Part shown: positions 23,001 through 35,997 of the stretch, piece by piece
Position numbering within the stretch: position 1 is the stretch's first letter
Layout of the letters: every line of letters begins with the position of its first letter
Source of the DNA: Psammoneis japonica
Taxonomy: Eukaryota
Direction of reading: 5' to 3'
Assembly: GCA_008632985.1 (NCBI GenBank)
Contig: QPGO01000053.1
Span: forward strand, 1 to 64,000
DNA length: 64,000 nt
The notes under the pieces: model-generated
Seen by the model: the letters and a program-made list of their open reading frames with translations, nothing else
Told to the model about the DNA's origin: nothing
Database searches by the model: none
Translations under genes and position numbers: made by a program

Positions 23001-24952
23001 AGACTGGCCTGGGGTGAAAATGTTTCAACAGCGCACACCGACGACTGGCAATCCGAATCACTATCGCAAATCCCCAAATTAGGAACCAGAGTAGGGACGC
23101 AGTTACCATTTACGCATACGCCGCCGCCACAGTCCGCGTTCGTTTCGCAAGCATTTCCAGGAGGGACTGTAGGTCGAGGTGATCTAGATTCTTGTGTAAT
23201 CGGCCGTCTCGTTGGCACGCGAGTGGTAGGAGCCGGCGATATCGTGGGTTCTGGAGGGGCGACGACGAACAAAACGTTCTCTTGGAATTCAAAGTCGCCG
23301 CCCTCTGCTAGAATGATGTTACGAGTAGTTCCAAAGTACAAGCGATAAAAGCCTTGATTGATCCCGTCTCCATAGTCATCTTCAATCATAAATTCACACC
23401 CAGCTCCATTATCAACCTCGAACGTTTCAGAAACAAGCAACGACGGGATCGAGTACGTCTTTGTTGGTACAGAGACAATCTCGGTATTGGCGCACTGTAG
23501 ACTCCAACCTATTTCTGCTGGAAACTGATCTAGTTGAATCTCCACCATTATGACACTTGTCCCCTGTGAACTTGTTGGTTCCATTGACAATGTCGGAGCC
23601 GGTGAAACTGTAGGCGCCTCTGTGAAAGCAAAATCCGCTTGGAAGGAAACGACGCGGGCATCTGCAAAGTCTCCAGTACCATCCACAAGAATAGCGTCAA
23701 CGTTGTTAATGTCATTTCCATTATAAACTTGGAATGAGCCACCCGCGATTCCGTCACCTCCAGTGTCTGTAATTGTAAACTGACACTCCTTTCCCACGGG
23801 CACTTGGACGTCCTCGGTCACGAGCCTACTATTGAGGCCGGCATACGTTGTAGCGGGGACGCTTTCAATTGTGGTATCGGAATCGCATTGTATGCTCCAT
23901 CCCGTTTCCTGAGGGTTATCATCCAAACGAAGCACGACTGTAACATCAACTTCATCATTGGCATTATCACCTCCAGACGATCCGCCACCCGTAACGAGTA
24001 CTACCACAACCACAACAATGGCTGCCACGAGAAGTACAGCCACCAAACCCAACATGTAAACAAGTCGTTTGTTGCGAGCAGGAGGCTCATCTACAAGAGT
24101 CGTTGCTTCTGCAATGGGTACATCTCTTGTAGCAGTTGCCGTTGGTACGGTCGTTTCATCTTCTGAAGGCTCTACAAGAAAAGCACTTACAAGGCGCGTG
24201 TCCGAAGAGGAAGGAGGGCCTTTTTCAGATAATTATCTTCTTCTTCTTCTTCTTCTTCTTCGAGGTCTAGCGGTGGTCGCGAAAAACATTCTCATCGGAA
24301 ACACGTGATCCCCCTCCGATTCCCGGCACGGCTACGCGCCCGGAGACATGTCGTCGCTTTGGGATTTCAACGCCCCGTGGTTTCCAGCTTCTTCGTCCAC
24401 CGCCACGACGACCCCGTCTCTCTGTGGATCAGTGCCAGTGCTAGCACTAGCAGCCTTGGCTTTCTTCTTTTTCATGCCTTGCTTCTTGAGTTTGGCATCC
24501 AGTAGCTCTTGATCCATGTTGCTGCTCGCGATCGACTCGTTTGAAAGCGCCCACGGCACTTCACGCGGTTCATTCTCGAGAGCGACCGAAGCCACGGTTG
24601 TCGCTGCCGCAGCAACTGCAACGGATCTTCGTTCTTTTTCCTTCAGTTTTGCATCCTCCATTTCCTTATTGGAGAGTCCCTTGGAATCAGGGAACGTCGG
24701 CATTTGACTCGGTTGGAAGGAATTGTCGTACGATTCGGTGGTTGCTGTTTTCGTTTCACCGGGACGCGTGTCACCAGTCGTGCTGGATTTCTTGCGTGCC
24801 GGTGGTTTTAACGAAGACCTCGCCCCGACTTCTTCGCGTCTGAGACGGCTGCTACTGCTATCGTCCATTGCGTCTTGGCTGGCACGACTGGTGATGCGCG
24901 GATCCGATGCGTTTCTCGTCGGAAAACCACCTCCATTATTTGTCTCACTCAT
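20070..24952 (-). CDS. Large type II membrane protein with ~12 tandem 84-aa, 10-Cys repeats
   Basis: Cytoplasmic N-terminus (ORF 24952..24332), TM LGLVAVLLVAAIVVVVVVLV, two E[TI]GWS.QC domains, P/T/S linker, then 252-bp repeats. Apparent indels at ~24335-24230 and ~20380. Confidence 0.8.
20075..23140 (-). repeat. 252-bp coding tandem repeat, ~12 units
   Basis: IPWSS occurs 12 times. Near-identical DNA segments recur at multiples of 252 bp. Confidence 0.92.
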
Positions 24953-25344
24953 GATGAAATCTCAGCCTTATGGAGCTTGTCAAGAACGAATCTACAGTAA
25001 TGAATGCCTACTAGAGGGCCCTACTGTAACAACTGGCGTGTTTCTTTTATCAGCGGAATAAGCTTTCCAATCGCTCACACCAGCAAGAATACAGTATGAA
25101 GAACAAATGAGATCAAGAAGTAGAAATCGAATGTTGTTGTGGGAATGGATATTGCGGAATTGCGGATTGCGGAATGTTGAAGATGATTCTTTCGGCGATA
25201 ATGATGCTTTCGTATGGTACGTGCATGCATGCGCGGTGTTGCTGATGACGCGGCCTCAGGGCTGATAGACAGACAGACAGACAGACAGACATCATGCATC
25301 TGAAAAGAAAAACGACGCGATCGACGATGAACTGAAAACCCAGA

Positions 25345-26481
25345 ATGGCGGCGGCTACATTGCGATCATTCGTCCAACCAACCATGCCAAAGGATGAACC
25401 TAGTAATAGCTGTAATACCGAGGGGAATGAAAAGAGAACACAAAGCACGAAAGATGCGAAACGAGCAAAGTTCGAAGCAAAACAAAAAGCACACGAAATG
25501 CATCTGTGCAAGCAAGCCGAGCAACTTGAATGGATGAATCAAAACTCGCATTATTGCTTTCATGTCAGTGTCGAGGATGTCTTGAAAACCAAAAATCAAG
25601 TTGGTGTGATTAGAGAGTCGCCATCATCACTGGAAGGCTTACTGAATCCATACTTTGATCTAAAGGACGGCAAAGGTCAAACACAACAAGATCGACAACT
25701 CTTCATCGCCGAAGGTACCGAAACAGTTCGTCTTCTCATTCAGCAATGTCACAGAATACAGGTCGAATCAATTATGGTTAGACCGACGTTACTGTTTGAT
25801 CCGCCTGTTCTTTTGTTAAAAGATATTGAAAAAGCAACATCAACAACAACAAAGGCACCACCCTTTTCTGTTCTGGTGGCGTCGGAACAGGCGCAAAGTG
25901 AATGCGCAGGCTTTCATATATCTCGTGGTGCTCTTGCTTGTGGTGTGTTCCAACTGTAACAGAAGAATGGCTGAAGGATTTGCTGGAGCAAAACAGATTT
26001 CCTTAGGGTACTCGCAATGGATGGCATCTCCGACACGGCCAACATGGGGTCCATGATTCGCTGTGCCGCAGCGTTTGGTGTAGACGTACTGGTACTGAGT
26101 GACGCTTGTTGCGATGCATGGTATAGACGGTCCGTTCGTGTGAGCATGGGCCATGTTTTTCATGTGCCAATTGTTCGAGTCAAGGACTTGTCTGATACCA
26201 TACGCCGAATGAACAACGATCACAAGATTTCGTCCTTTGCGGCGGTGGTGGAGAGTCATGAGAAGAAATTGCTTGTACTGGAAAACATGGAAAAGGGCGA
26301 TATTCCAGCAAGGTGGTGCTGCGTTGTGGGTAACGAAGGGAACGGCATTTCCAAGCCAGTGGTTGAGGCTTGCACGCACGAGCTGCGTATTGGCATGGTG
26401 AGCGGTGTTGACTCTTTGAGCGTGCCGATTGCTACGGGCATACTTCTTCACGGGTTAAAAGAGAGGGAAGCTCGGGTTTGA
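25345..26481 (+). CDS. SpoU/TrmH-family RNA 2'-O-methyltransferase
   Basis: Motifs FIAEG, DTANMGSMIR, VGNEGNGIS, VDSLSV. One indel near 25950. Confidence 0.88.
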
Positions 26482-26562
26482 GGTGATAGCAGCAATGAAG
26501 TCCTATCCTACGTATGAATGTGTACATATTTTCCGAGAAGGAAGGTTGTTTAGTGTTTTATG

Positions 26563-28307
26563 CTAAACGAGAGAGCAGCTAAGCGTTAGTTGCTGATGAA
26601 GCGACCACGTCGGTTTCTGCGAATGCCGCACTTGATCGCGCTCTTCTCCAACGGCAAACCGTTCGGTTTCGTCGGCACTGTCTTCTTGTGAGGGTAGTGC
26701 AGAAGGAAGGATCCAGTGTGGGTTGAGGAGTTGGTGGCGGTGTCTGTGCCGGGTCGGTGCCGGTGTCATCATTTCCGGGAGCATCGGTTGCGGAGTCGGA
26801 GGTGGGGTGTTTGTGATTGGATGCGCACCCGTGATTTCAACTTCTGCAAAGCCTGGACTCGAGGACGTGTCAATGTTTGTGACCTTGATGGTCAGAGTGT
26901 GCTGCGTCCGCCAAAGCTTGGGACGGAGTGTTCTTGTCCGTTGCTAACTTTGCAAGTAATGTCGAGGCAGCATATCCCGTTCCGGGCGCACGAGATGTCA
27001 CTAGAACCTGATTGGCACCTTCCTTTGTACCAGAGTTGAAGCCAGTCTTGCGGTTGAAGTTGACATAGTATTCTTTTGCTTGATCCCCAACTATTCTGAC
27101 AACAATGGCTTCATCCTGGGAGACACTGTAGTCAACGGCACCAACCATCCGGCCGCTCCAAGATTCATCGAGAGGATTGAATGTCACATGCCGATCGCTA
27201 TACCAACCCAATTGATAAGTCTTGGCGCCGTTGAAGCACATTTTCGTATCGCTCACACCATATGAGTATCCCATCATACCGCTAAAGAAAATGACGCGTA
27301 AGTACAGAGCGTGAGTCTCAATGTGGCCATGTTTAGCTCAACTTACGGGTGTTATCCAACTTCCGTTTTTATCTTACCTTTGATCGTCGTAGTCCTGGGA
27401 CTCTCCTGAGTGCGCAAGATTAAGGTTGTGTCCTGTCATGAAAAAAAAAATGAGCGGGGTTGTTAGTCAAGTATAGCAATGGTAGATCTTCTATCAACGC
27501 GACAAGCCTCAATCACTCACCAAGTTCATGCATTTGAGCAGAGACGAACTTGCACCATTCATTGTTGTAAACCGAAAGCCAGCTGTTGACGTATGCGTAG
27601 GCAATCCAATTTCCTGAAGTTCCTGGCGGCAGACACAGCATGACATGGTCATAGTCGCTTGCTAGGCTTCCAAGCGCTGCATTGGCTGCGTTTCGAATGA
27701 CGCTATTGCTCGCTCCAGAAACAGTTTCGCTGATGCTGACAGTATCGACCGTCCCCGTAATGTTTAGTTGGCTATGAGAGCACGCACTGTACTGGGAGGC
27801 GAGATTGACTTGGTCGCTGCCGGTGCCAAAGACTGCGTCTTGGATAATCTCGACATTGCTGGTAGTTGAGGAATCAGGAGCTTCGACTCTGACAGCCAAG
27901 ATGCTCTTTTGGCCGGTAGTTACCGCTAGGTTTCGTCGACCATGATCCATCGATTCAATGACTGGAATAGCACCGACAGGAGGCTCGATTCGACCATCTT
28001 CGGTAAACACTGCACCCTCGACGTAGAGGGTCGCTCCGCCACTTACCACGTCCATGTCCGAAGTAATCATGGTATCGACATCATACATTTGATTCATGCC
28101 CATGGATGCCATGTCCGTGCCTTGGAGTTCGCACGTCCATTCGCTGCGATGCTCAATGACGCCATTGTTATAGAACATGGTTTCTTTGAGATACAACACA
28201 CATGGTGATGTCATCTCAAGTCGCCTTCTACGAACGCCATTGTCGTTCCCCTTACCTTCCCCCATTGTAAGAGAGAGGGCTGCGAGAGCGTAACTGAGTA
28301 CTTTCAT
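26563..28307 (-). CDS. Secreted gametolysin-like (peptidase M11) zinc metalloprotease, 2 introns
   Basis: Signal peptide. HELG/HNLNLAHSGE zinc motif is split by intron 27433-27520. MMGYS Met-turn and P/T-rich tail. The C-terminal frame is uncertain. Confidence 0.82.
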
Positions 28308-28910
28308 GCTTACTTTGTTCGTTCCCTGACGAGAAAGAAATTGTGAGACGATTCTGGCATTTTCTGATCAAGCCGCAGCTGACGCTGCTCGAGCAATATC
28401 CGATTTTGGGTGACGTTGCGGCTGATGTTATAGTGAAGTTTCTTGCAAAAATTAAAATAGTTTTTGTTGTGTTAACTAGAGTACGAAATCGGAAACAAAC
28501 CTTGCCAAAGCTGACACTATCGCATCGGCGGCGCGAAGGACCAACCTTACGGTATGTATTACGGTGTGATATATTCGAGCTCGCTCGGAGCTCGCTCACG
28601 GGACAGTCTGTCCACCAGCCAATAATTTATTATCATTATTAAAAGCTATTTATAACTAATTAATATATACACATCAGATTGTATACGGAAACGTTATGTT
28701 AATATGCTGCCACGCACGTTCAGAATTGGCGGGAAAGTTTGTACGTAAAATTATAACAAAACTTTTGCACGTAGAACCCAGTACAGGTAGCTACGAAATT
28801 TTCGAATGCAACTGCACCATCCGCGCCACACTTTTTATTCCGGAACAAAGACACGACGTGCATGATCACGTGGCCCATTGCGTTCACGGCAAGCGTCTTT
28901 GTAAACAAGC

Positions 28911-30514
28911 ATGTTCTTTGGTGGTGATCCGTTTGAGCACTTTGCTCATGGTAGTGGACGAGGAAGTGCAAGAGGTCCTCCAAAAGACGTAGATACAACT
29001 AAATTGTATGAGACTTTGGGGGTGAGTTGGTTGCTCCATGCATGATTCATTTTTCTCGTTTGTCTGTCATTCGTGGCTCCATTCTTCACTGGAAAAGTGT
29101 AGCGATTATACGCACGCTATGGAATCTTGGGTGTCGCTGCATTGTTTGTTCTGAATTTTGACGAGAAGACAAGGCTTGGTTGCCGAGTGCGGTGTGTGTC
29201 GCAGCTTCTTTTGATACTCGACCGGAACTGCGAATTTTTCCCATCTCGTACGCTTTTGCCTCGATGCTACTATTTTCTCACTATAAATTGCGTTCCCCGG
29301 CTGTTTGAAACAGGTTGCAAAGAGTGCTGACGAAAAGGAAATCAAGAAAGCGTACAGGTAAGTCGTCGAAAAGCCGCACATGTCTCGTCTCGCTGCTTCT
29401 ATCCTTTAACAGAAGCACTTATTGGCTTGTTCGTATACCGCAGAAAACTCGCTGTAAAGCACCATCCGGATAAGGGAGGCGACGAGCACACCTTTAAGGA
29501 GATCAACGCCGCATATGAAATTCTGAGTGACCCAGAGAAACGTCAAAAATACGACAAGTATGGCTTGGAGGGTGTCGCAGACGACGGTGGTGGGCCCGGG
29601 GGAACGCGGATGATTTATTCAGCATGTTTTTCGGTGGCAGCCGTCGTCGATCTGCGGGTCCCCGTCGTGGAGAGGATGTCAATCACCCTCTTCGCGTATC
29701 GTTGGAAGATTTGTATAATGGAAAGACTGTGAAGTTGGCCATTAATAGACAAGTCATTGTCGGCGAAGCAAAACAGTGTGAAACGTGTGATGGGCAGGGA
29801 GTTGTTCTCGAATTGCGGCAGATCGCCTTGGGCATGGTTCAGCAGATCCAACGCAACTGTCAAGATTGTAACGGGGAGGGGTACCGTGCCCAAACGAAAA
29901 AGGAACGTAAGGTATTGGAGGTACTGATTGAGAAGGGCATGAAACACAAACAACGGATTGTATTTCGCGGTATGGCGGACGAGAAGCCCAACATGGAGGC
30001 TGGTAACATCAACTTTATTGTAGATGAGAAAGATCATGATGTGTTCAAAAGAAAGGGGGCCGATTTACTCATCACCAAGACCCTTTCTCTCAACGAGGCT
30101 CTGACAGGATTCGAATGGAAAATCACACATCTAGATGGCAGGGAAGTGATTATCAAATCGAAACCCGGTGAAGTCATCAAGGCAGAAGGACTCGGAGGCA
30201 AGCCATTTGTAAAGATTGTTCCAAATGAGGGCATGCCATCGCACGGCAATCCGTTTGTAAAGGGTAACCTCTATGTATTGTTTACCGTTGAATTCCCCGA
30301 AGACGGAGAGTTGGAGGAAGCTGCCGTCAAGACACTCCGCGAGACATTACCTAATCCTTCCATGAATGTGGATTACGACGAAGAGACGGCAGAAATTTGC
30401 CATTTGGAACATGCTGATGTCAAGAGCTTTGGAAAAGGTGGTATTCAGAACCATGATTCTGCATATGATTCGGACGAAGATGGCCAACAAGGAGTCCAAT
30501 GTCAGCAATCCTAG
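28911..30514 (+). CDS. Type I Hsp40 co-chaperone (DNAJA/Ydj1-like), 2 introns
   Basis: [11 protein letters not shown] start, [16 protein letters not shown] and [12 protein letters not shown] CaaX end. Introns 29022-29313 and 29358-29443; indel near 29605. Confidence 0.92.
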
Positions 30515-30841
30515 TTTGGCGACGTTGATGTCTAATAATAGGTAGAGAGCCTGTTTGTTTTCTGTCTTTTGCGGTCGAGTTAGAGATACGGTAGCGAATG
30601 CTTGTTTCAGCTCAACTGTCCGTTCTCCTATCTCTCTACTCTAGTAGAATAGCTCTGGAGCAGTAGCGAATGTTAGTTACTCTGGTAGTTTGTTTTGCAG
30701 GAGCTTGGCAGGAGTGCGTGAGATTTGTTCGACTTTGACGTCCGTCCAGTGTTCGTCACAGCCCTCGCAACGCAGGCAACTCACAGTATGGTAGCACACA
30801 GCACGCACAGAGCATTAGCACGGCACACAACGACCAAAACC

Positions 30842-32621
30842 ATGGCGGACGCGAATAATCCAGAAGAGAGCGCTGCTGCTGGCGGTGCTCCTCTCATGAC
30901 ATCGTTTGACTTGGAAACATACATTGGTCGATACAATGCAACTTCTGAAACACGGCTGCAGCGGCTTTTGTTTATCGGAGAAAAATCTAAAGATCCAGCG
31001 GTATCTCGCCTGGCGTACAACTTGGCTGAAAAGCAAATGAAGGAAACCGGAAACGTTCGACGATACAAGGAGGTATTTGCACCTCGACTTGGTAAGTTTG
31101 GCCGGTTGACCGGTTGAATCGTCAGTCATCAAGTGAAGGAATACTATTCTTACGTAAATGCCCTGCTCTCTTTGCAACGCGTACAGAATCAGAATCTACA
31201 TCTAACAACACGGGTGTAGTGTACGATTCAAAGTGGGCTGATGAGACCGAAGCCATGAGTCAAACGCAGCTCGACATGTTGGAGGGACGGTTGTCTGCGG
31301 CGCAGTCCCAATTGAACAAGGAGGCAATTCGTGCTGCTTTATTAGCGTTGGGAGAGTTCTGCCGCAAACGTGGGGACCTGCGAGAGGCTCTCCGTGCGAT
31401 TCTTCGGAGCCGGGATTATTGCACAAGCCGTGCCCAAACCGGGCAGGTGTGTTTGCTCGTCATTGAGATGGCAATCGACTGTCGTAAGTATTGATGAATG
31501 TCACGGGGTTTCTAGTTATTCTTCTTTGCAATTTGCTAACACATTGTTTGATGCCAATGTTAACTCATGTGAAGGGGATTACACTCGAGTTCGTGATTAT
31601 GTCCAAAAGGCAGACCACATCAACATTGAAGGAGATAACTACTTTCATTACAAACCTCGTGCCGCTGCTGGATTGGTGCATTTGGTCGAAGGTCGCTATC
31701 ACGAGGCTGCCCTCAAGTTTACCTCTGTTTCTGGGCCGTTGGACAGCTTCAACACTGTACTAAGCACGGAAGACGTTGCGCTGTATGGTGCTCTTTTGGC
31801 ACTTGCAACAATGAAAAGAACCCAGCTTTGCTCCATGTTGGTGCCACCGTCAGCAACTAGTACAGCTGTGCTTGCCGATGGAAATTCAATGGGGCGATTC
31901 GCTGCTGGACTGGAATTGGTTCCCTCGATTCGTGATGCTCTCCGTCACTTTAGCCGTGCCGAGTACAAGTTGTGCATGGACAAGCTTCAGGAGCTTAAAC
32001 CACAGCTTCTACTTGACCTGCATTTGTGCTCCCATGTCAACGTCTTGCTTGATAAGATTCGGGACAGGTGCTTGGTCGAGTACCTTTCTCCCTACCGGCG
32101 TGTGCGACTCGACGTAATGTGTCACAATTTTGGTTTGACAACCGACAAGTTGCAGGCCATCTTGGCCGGATTGATCAAGGACGGATCTGTGGCCCATGCT
32201 CGTATTGATTGCCGAACCCAGACTCTCACCAAGGAGTCAGATTTGGAAGCGAATCAGCGACGTTCTGCTCGTCACCGAGTATCAAAGCTGGAGGAGAACG
32301 TGTTGAACGACGCTCACGCCATGATTATCCGTAAGTAATTTCCTATTATCAAAACGTGTGCACCTAGATCAATGGCTGATCTCTCACTTCTTTACCATGT
32401 CCCTACCGTAACGACGAACGAATCCAGGAATGGCGTGTTTAGAGCACGACTTGGTGGTTCGAGGAGACAAGAAACGAGGTGATGCAAGGTCGAAATGGGG
32501 CGCTCGTCCGGCTCCTGAAATGGGAGACAGCGCTGAAGAGATTTTCGATGCGGATGACAGCAGTGATGACGATGAGCTCATGGTTGACCTTGATGCCATG
32601 AATCCAGAAGATTTGTACTAA
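30842..32621 (+). CDS. CSN1: COP9 signalosome subunit 1 (RPN7/PCI domains), 3 introns
   Basis: Motifs FDLETYI, RLLFI, KEAIR, RSRDYCTS, YLSPY, ARID. Confidence 0.85.
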
Positions 32622-32773
32622 ATCACCGTGGGGGGCAAATCTGTGGCGGATGCCGTTGTTCCTAGCAGAATAGAGCATGTATGTTTATAAAGGACCTCTA
32701 GGTACTCTGTATGCAATCCCGTCTCCAAATCCATTTCACAAGTGTGGGTACATCGGGTAGATGATACCATAGA

Positions 32774-33799
32774 TCAAGGTACACTGCAATCACCAGATTT
32801 TGCCTGTGGTTCAGTAGCATCGAGAAGCTCCTGCATGTCTGCATCCGACAACTCGAACGAAAAGATGTCACGATTCGATTCAATATGAGATACATTGTTG
32901 CTTTTCGGAATGACTCCACCCATGAACGGTTGGTGTATCGCTTGTTGTACAATGAAGCGCAGTGAAACTTGAGAGCCCGACACACCGTACTTTCGCCCAA
33001 TTCTAGTAACCATCTCGCCATTTATCAGCGAATCGGAAGCATCTTCCAACTTGCATTCACCACATAGCGGAGAGTAACTCATGAATGTAATGTTTGAGGC
33101 TTGACATTTCTCAACGACATTGTTCACATCACCTGACCCAACGTGGTATCCCACTTGATTGATTGACGGCGGAATGGTGGCCACCTCTAGGATGTCATCA
33201 ATATGCCGCGAGCAATAGTGACTGACTCCGATAGACCTCGCTTCCCCTGTGTTGTAGATATTCTCTAAAGCAATCCACTCTGCTTGTCGTGCTGATTTGG
33301 AAGATTTGGAAGGCGTTTGCGCCCAATCAGCCGGATAATGGATCAAGAGATGATCAACGTAGGCCAGATTGAGCTCTTCCAAGTTTTCACCATGCGCCTT
33401 CAGGGCTTCTTCCAAATCTAGTCCTCCGGGTATTTTAGTAAGGATGAACAGTTCGTCACGAGAACCCTCCCAACAATCTCGAATCGCCTTTCCTACAGCC
33501 TTTTGAGTCTTGTAGCTCCAAGCAGTATCCACCATTGAATAACCGGCTGCAAAAGCCTTGCACAACGATTCATATACAATTTCGTTGTTCCCTTTCCATG
33601 AACTTCCTGTCCCAGCCCCTACTAAAGGCATACGAACAGAGTTTCCATATACATCCCGACCAATCGTGACTCTTGGAACGGTGTCTTTTGACTTGTTTTC
33701 GTATCCAGTCTCCCTTTCGAAACTCTTTCGAAGATGGACGGCTACGCACGAGCAGAGGAGGAGAAACAGCAAGTTCACGTGCATCAGGTGCTCCATCAT
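32774..33799 (-). CDS. Aldo-keto reductase with N-terminal signal peptide (paralog B)
   Basis: Motifs DTAWSY, LFILTK, LLIHYP, RSIGVSH, IPKS. Confidence 0.9.
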   Translation of the reverse strand: MMEHLMHVNLLFLLLCSCVAVHLRKSFERETGYENKSKDTVPRVTIGRDVYGNSVRMPLVGAGTGSSWKGNNEIVYESLCKAFAAGYSMVDTAWSYKTQKAVGKAIRDCWEGSRDELFILTKIPGGLDLEEALKAHGENLEELNLAYVDHLLIHYPADWAQTPSKSSKSARQAEWIALENIYNTGEARSIGVSHYCSRHIDDILEVATIPPSINQVGYHVGSGDVNNVVEKCQASNITFMSYSPLCGECKLEDASDSLINGEMVTRIGRKYGVSGSQVSLRFIVQQAIHQPFMGGVIPKSNNVSHIESNRDIFSFELSDADMQELLDATEPQAKSGDCSVP

Positions 33800-34282
33800 T
33801 CTTGTTCCTTTGAACTGTAAAATTGGTAGGCTTTTCGGACGGTTGATAGCCTTTCACCTTTCCCAACCAGTTATATCTACGTTCAACAACTAATCAGACG
33901 GCGGCGGCGGAGGGCCTTGATCATCGTTGGATTCTTCACCTGCTGTTGGCTCTTTCGACAAAAATGGCGGGCAGGACAGTCGATTGAGTCGGATCGATGG
34001 AACGCGTTGAATCGAATACATGGTGTGTTTCTTTCGAAGCTTCACAAAAAAGTAATATGGGCCCTACAAGTTATTCTCTCTAGAGCGAGCCATTGGACGT
34101 TTACCTGTTGAAGTATGGTTGGGTAGTTCAACTGCCATCGAAAGATCCAGTCGAACGGCTACAACTGCTACGTGGTAAATACGAAGAATTTCTAGAGCGA
34201 TTCCTTCTGTCATTTTATGGGGTGGTTTCTACAATGCGTTTCCCGAAAAAGAACGAGGAAAGCGCGTTGATCTTCGCCACAC

Positions 34283-35278
34283 TTAAGGCACATTGCAATC
34301 GCCAGGTTCGGCAGCAGGTTGGTTCGCAGCTTTAAGGTCTTCCATATCTTTTTCAGACAGTTCAAATGAGAACAAATCAAGATTTGATCTGATGTGATCG
34401 GCGTTGTTGCTCTTTGGAATCACTCCCCCGATGAACGGTTGGTGTAGTGCTTGTTGTACGATGAAACGAAGCGAGACTTGAGAGCCAGTGACCCCGTACT
34501 GATGGCCAATTCTAGTAACCAATTCGCCGTCAAGAAGAGAATCTGATTCCTTTTCCAGCTCACATGGACCACAAAGGGGGGAGAAGCTCATAAAGGTGAT
34601 GTTGGCGACTCGGCATTTTTCAATTACATTGTCCACATCACCAGATCCCACATGATATTCGACTTGATTGAGAGATGGAGGGATTGTTGCGACCTGTAAA
34701 ATGTCATCAATGTGCTGAGAACAATAATGGCTCAGTCCGATTGATCTCGCTTCGCCAGTCATAAAGATATTCTCCAACGCAATCCATTCGTTCTGACGCG
34801 CAGCACTAGAAGATTTGGAAGGCGTTTGAGACCAATCAGCAGGAAAGTGCACCATAAGGTGATCCACATAGGCTAAATTGAGATCTACCAAGTTTTCTCG
34901 ATGAGCCTTTAGTGCTTCGTCCAGATTTAGCCCCCCGGGAATTTTGGTGAGAACAAAGAGTTCCTCCCGCGTCCCCTTCCAACAGTCGCGAATTGCCTGC
35001 CCCACACCCTTTTGATTCTTGTAGCCCCAAGCAGTATCTACCATAGTATACCCAGCGTCGAAAGCTTTACACAACGATTCATATGCAACAGTGTCATTGT
35101 ATTGCCATGTACCAGCGCCAACCAATGGCATGTCAACCGAGTTGCCGTGAAGATCCGTGGCGATCGTTATTTTCGGAACGTTTTCACGCCCCGCTATCGC
35201 AGAGGCAACGACAGTAGATGAACATGGGATTATGAGAAGAATAAGTAAACCAAGAAGCGAGTGAAACGGAAACACCAT
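34283..35278 (-). CDS. Aldo-keto reductase with N-terminal signal peptide (paralog A)
   Basis: Motifs GAGTWQY, DTAWGY, LFVLTK, LMVHFP, NQVEYH, IPKS. Tandem duplicate of the previous gene. Confidence 0.92.
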   Translation of the reverse strand: MVFPFHSLLGLLILLIIPCSSTVVASAIAGRENVPKITIATDLHGNSVDMPLVGAGTWQYNDTVAYESLCKAFDAGYTMVDTAWGYKNQKGVGQAIRDCWKGTREELFVLTKIPGGLNLDEALKAHRENLVDLNLAYVDHLMVHFPADWSQTPSKSSSAARQNEWIALENIFMTGEARSIGLSHYCSQHIDDILQVATIPPSLNQVEYHVGSGDVDNVIEKCRVANITFMSFSPLCGPCELEKESDSLLDGELVTRIGHQYGVTGSQVSLRFIVQQALHQPFIGGVIPKSNNADHIRSNLDLFSFELSEKDMEDLKAANQPAAEPGDCNVP

Positions 35279-35997
35279 GGTGGAAATTGGTGCTGTTATA
35301 ATGTTGGGATGAGTTTGTGTGTCCGTCAAGTGGCTGGATAGCACGAAACACGACGCACGACGCACGAATATCCAAAACGACGGGTTTTTGGATTTTGTTG
35401 TATTGTCCGGCAAAAAGGACGTCGACTGCCCGAGAAGGTACGGGCCGGAGCATAAACAATGAGGACCAACTACATGCGGGTGTCGACTGCTTTGGTCGGC
35501 TCAAAATAGAGATAGAGAGTATCGAGGCCATAGTTCATAAATGTTACTTGTCGTCGTAAAGGATTGTTGAGAACAAGCCCCTTATTTTGTTCGCGTTGGA
35601 AGTGAATCAGATTAGGGTTTTAGACTGCTTTCAGCTTGAAGAATTCCCTACCAAGAGATTCACGTTCGGGCTTTTTCGTCGCGTCGGGAAACTTCAAAGG
35701 GAGAAATGAAGGGGCATCTGAAGAAAGGCAAGCAGAAACTGATTTAGCGGTAGGTTTAAGAGTCATAAATAATTTTCGTGTCGTAATCAAGCGGCCGTGA
35801 CTGTCGGTGGTTGTAAATGGCGGCGCGGCGCCTTTGCGGATTCGTGCTGTTTCAACTTGTGCAGGTCGAAAGGAGCTGTGTATGGTAATATCTTTCAAAT
35901 AGAACACACACTTGCATATGACTGAAGCTTGGGCTTTCCTTTATGTTTCCTCGTCGTGGATGTTTCAAATTGAGTAATGTATCTGCTGAGAATCAAA

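Noticed and set aside
20075..23140. CRISPR-like regular repeats
   Set aside because: These are in-frame coding tandem repeats without unique spacers, in a eukaryotic locus with no cas genes.
25266..25290. (AGAC)n microsatellite, and (TTC)n at ~24237-24260
   Set aside because: Ordinary short simple repeats; the latter encodes poly-Glu.
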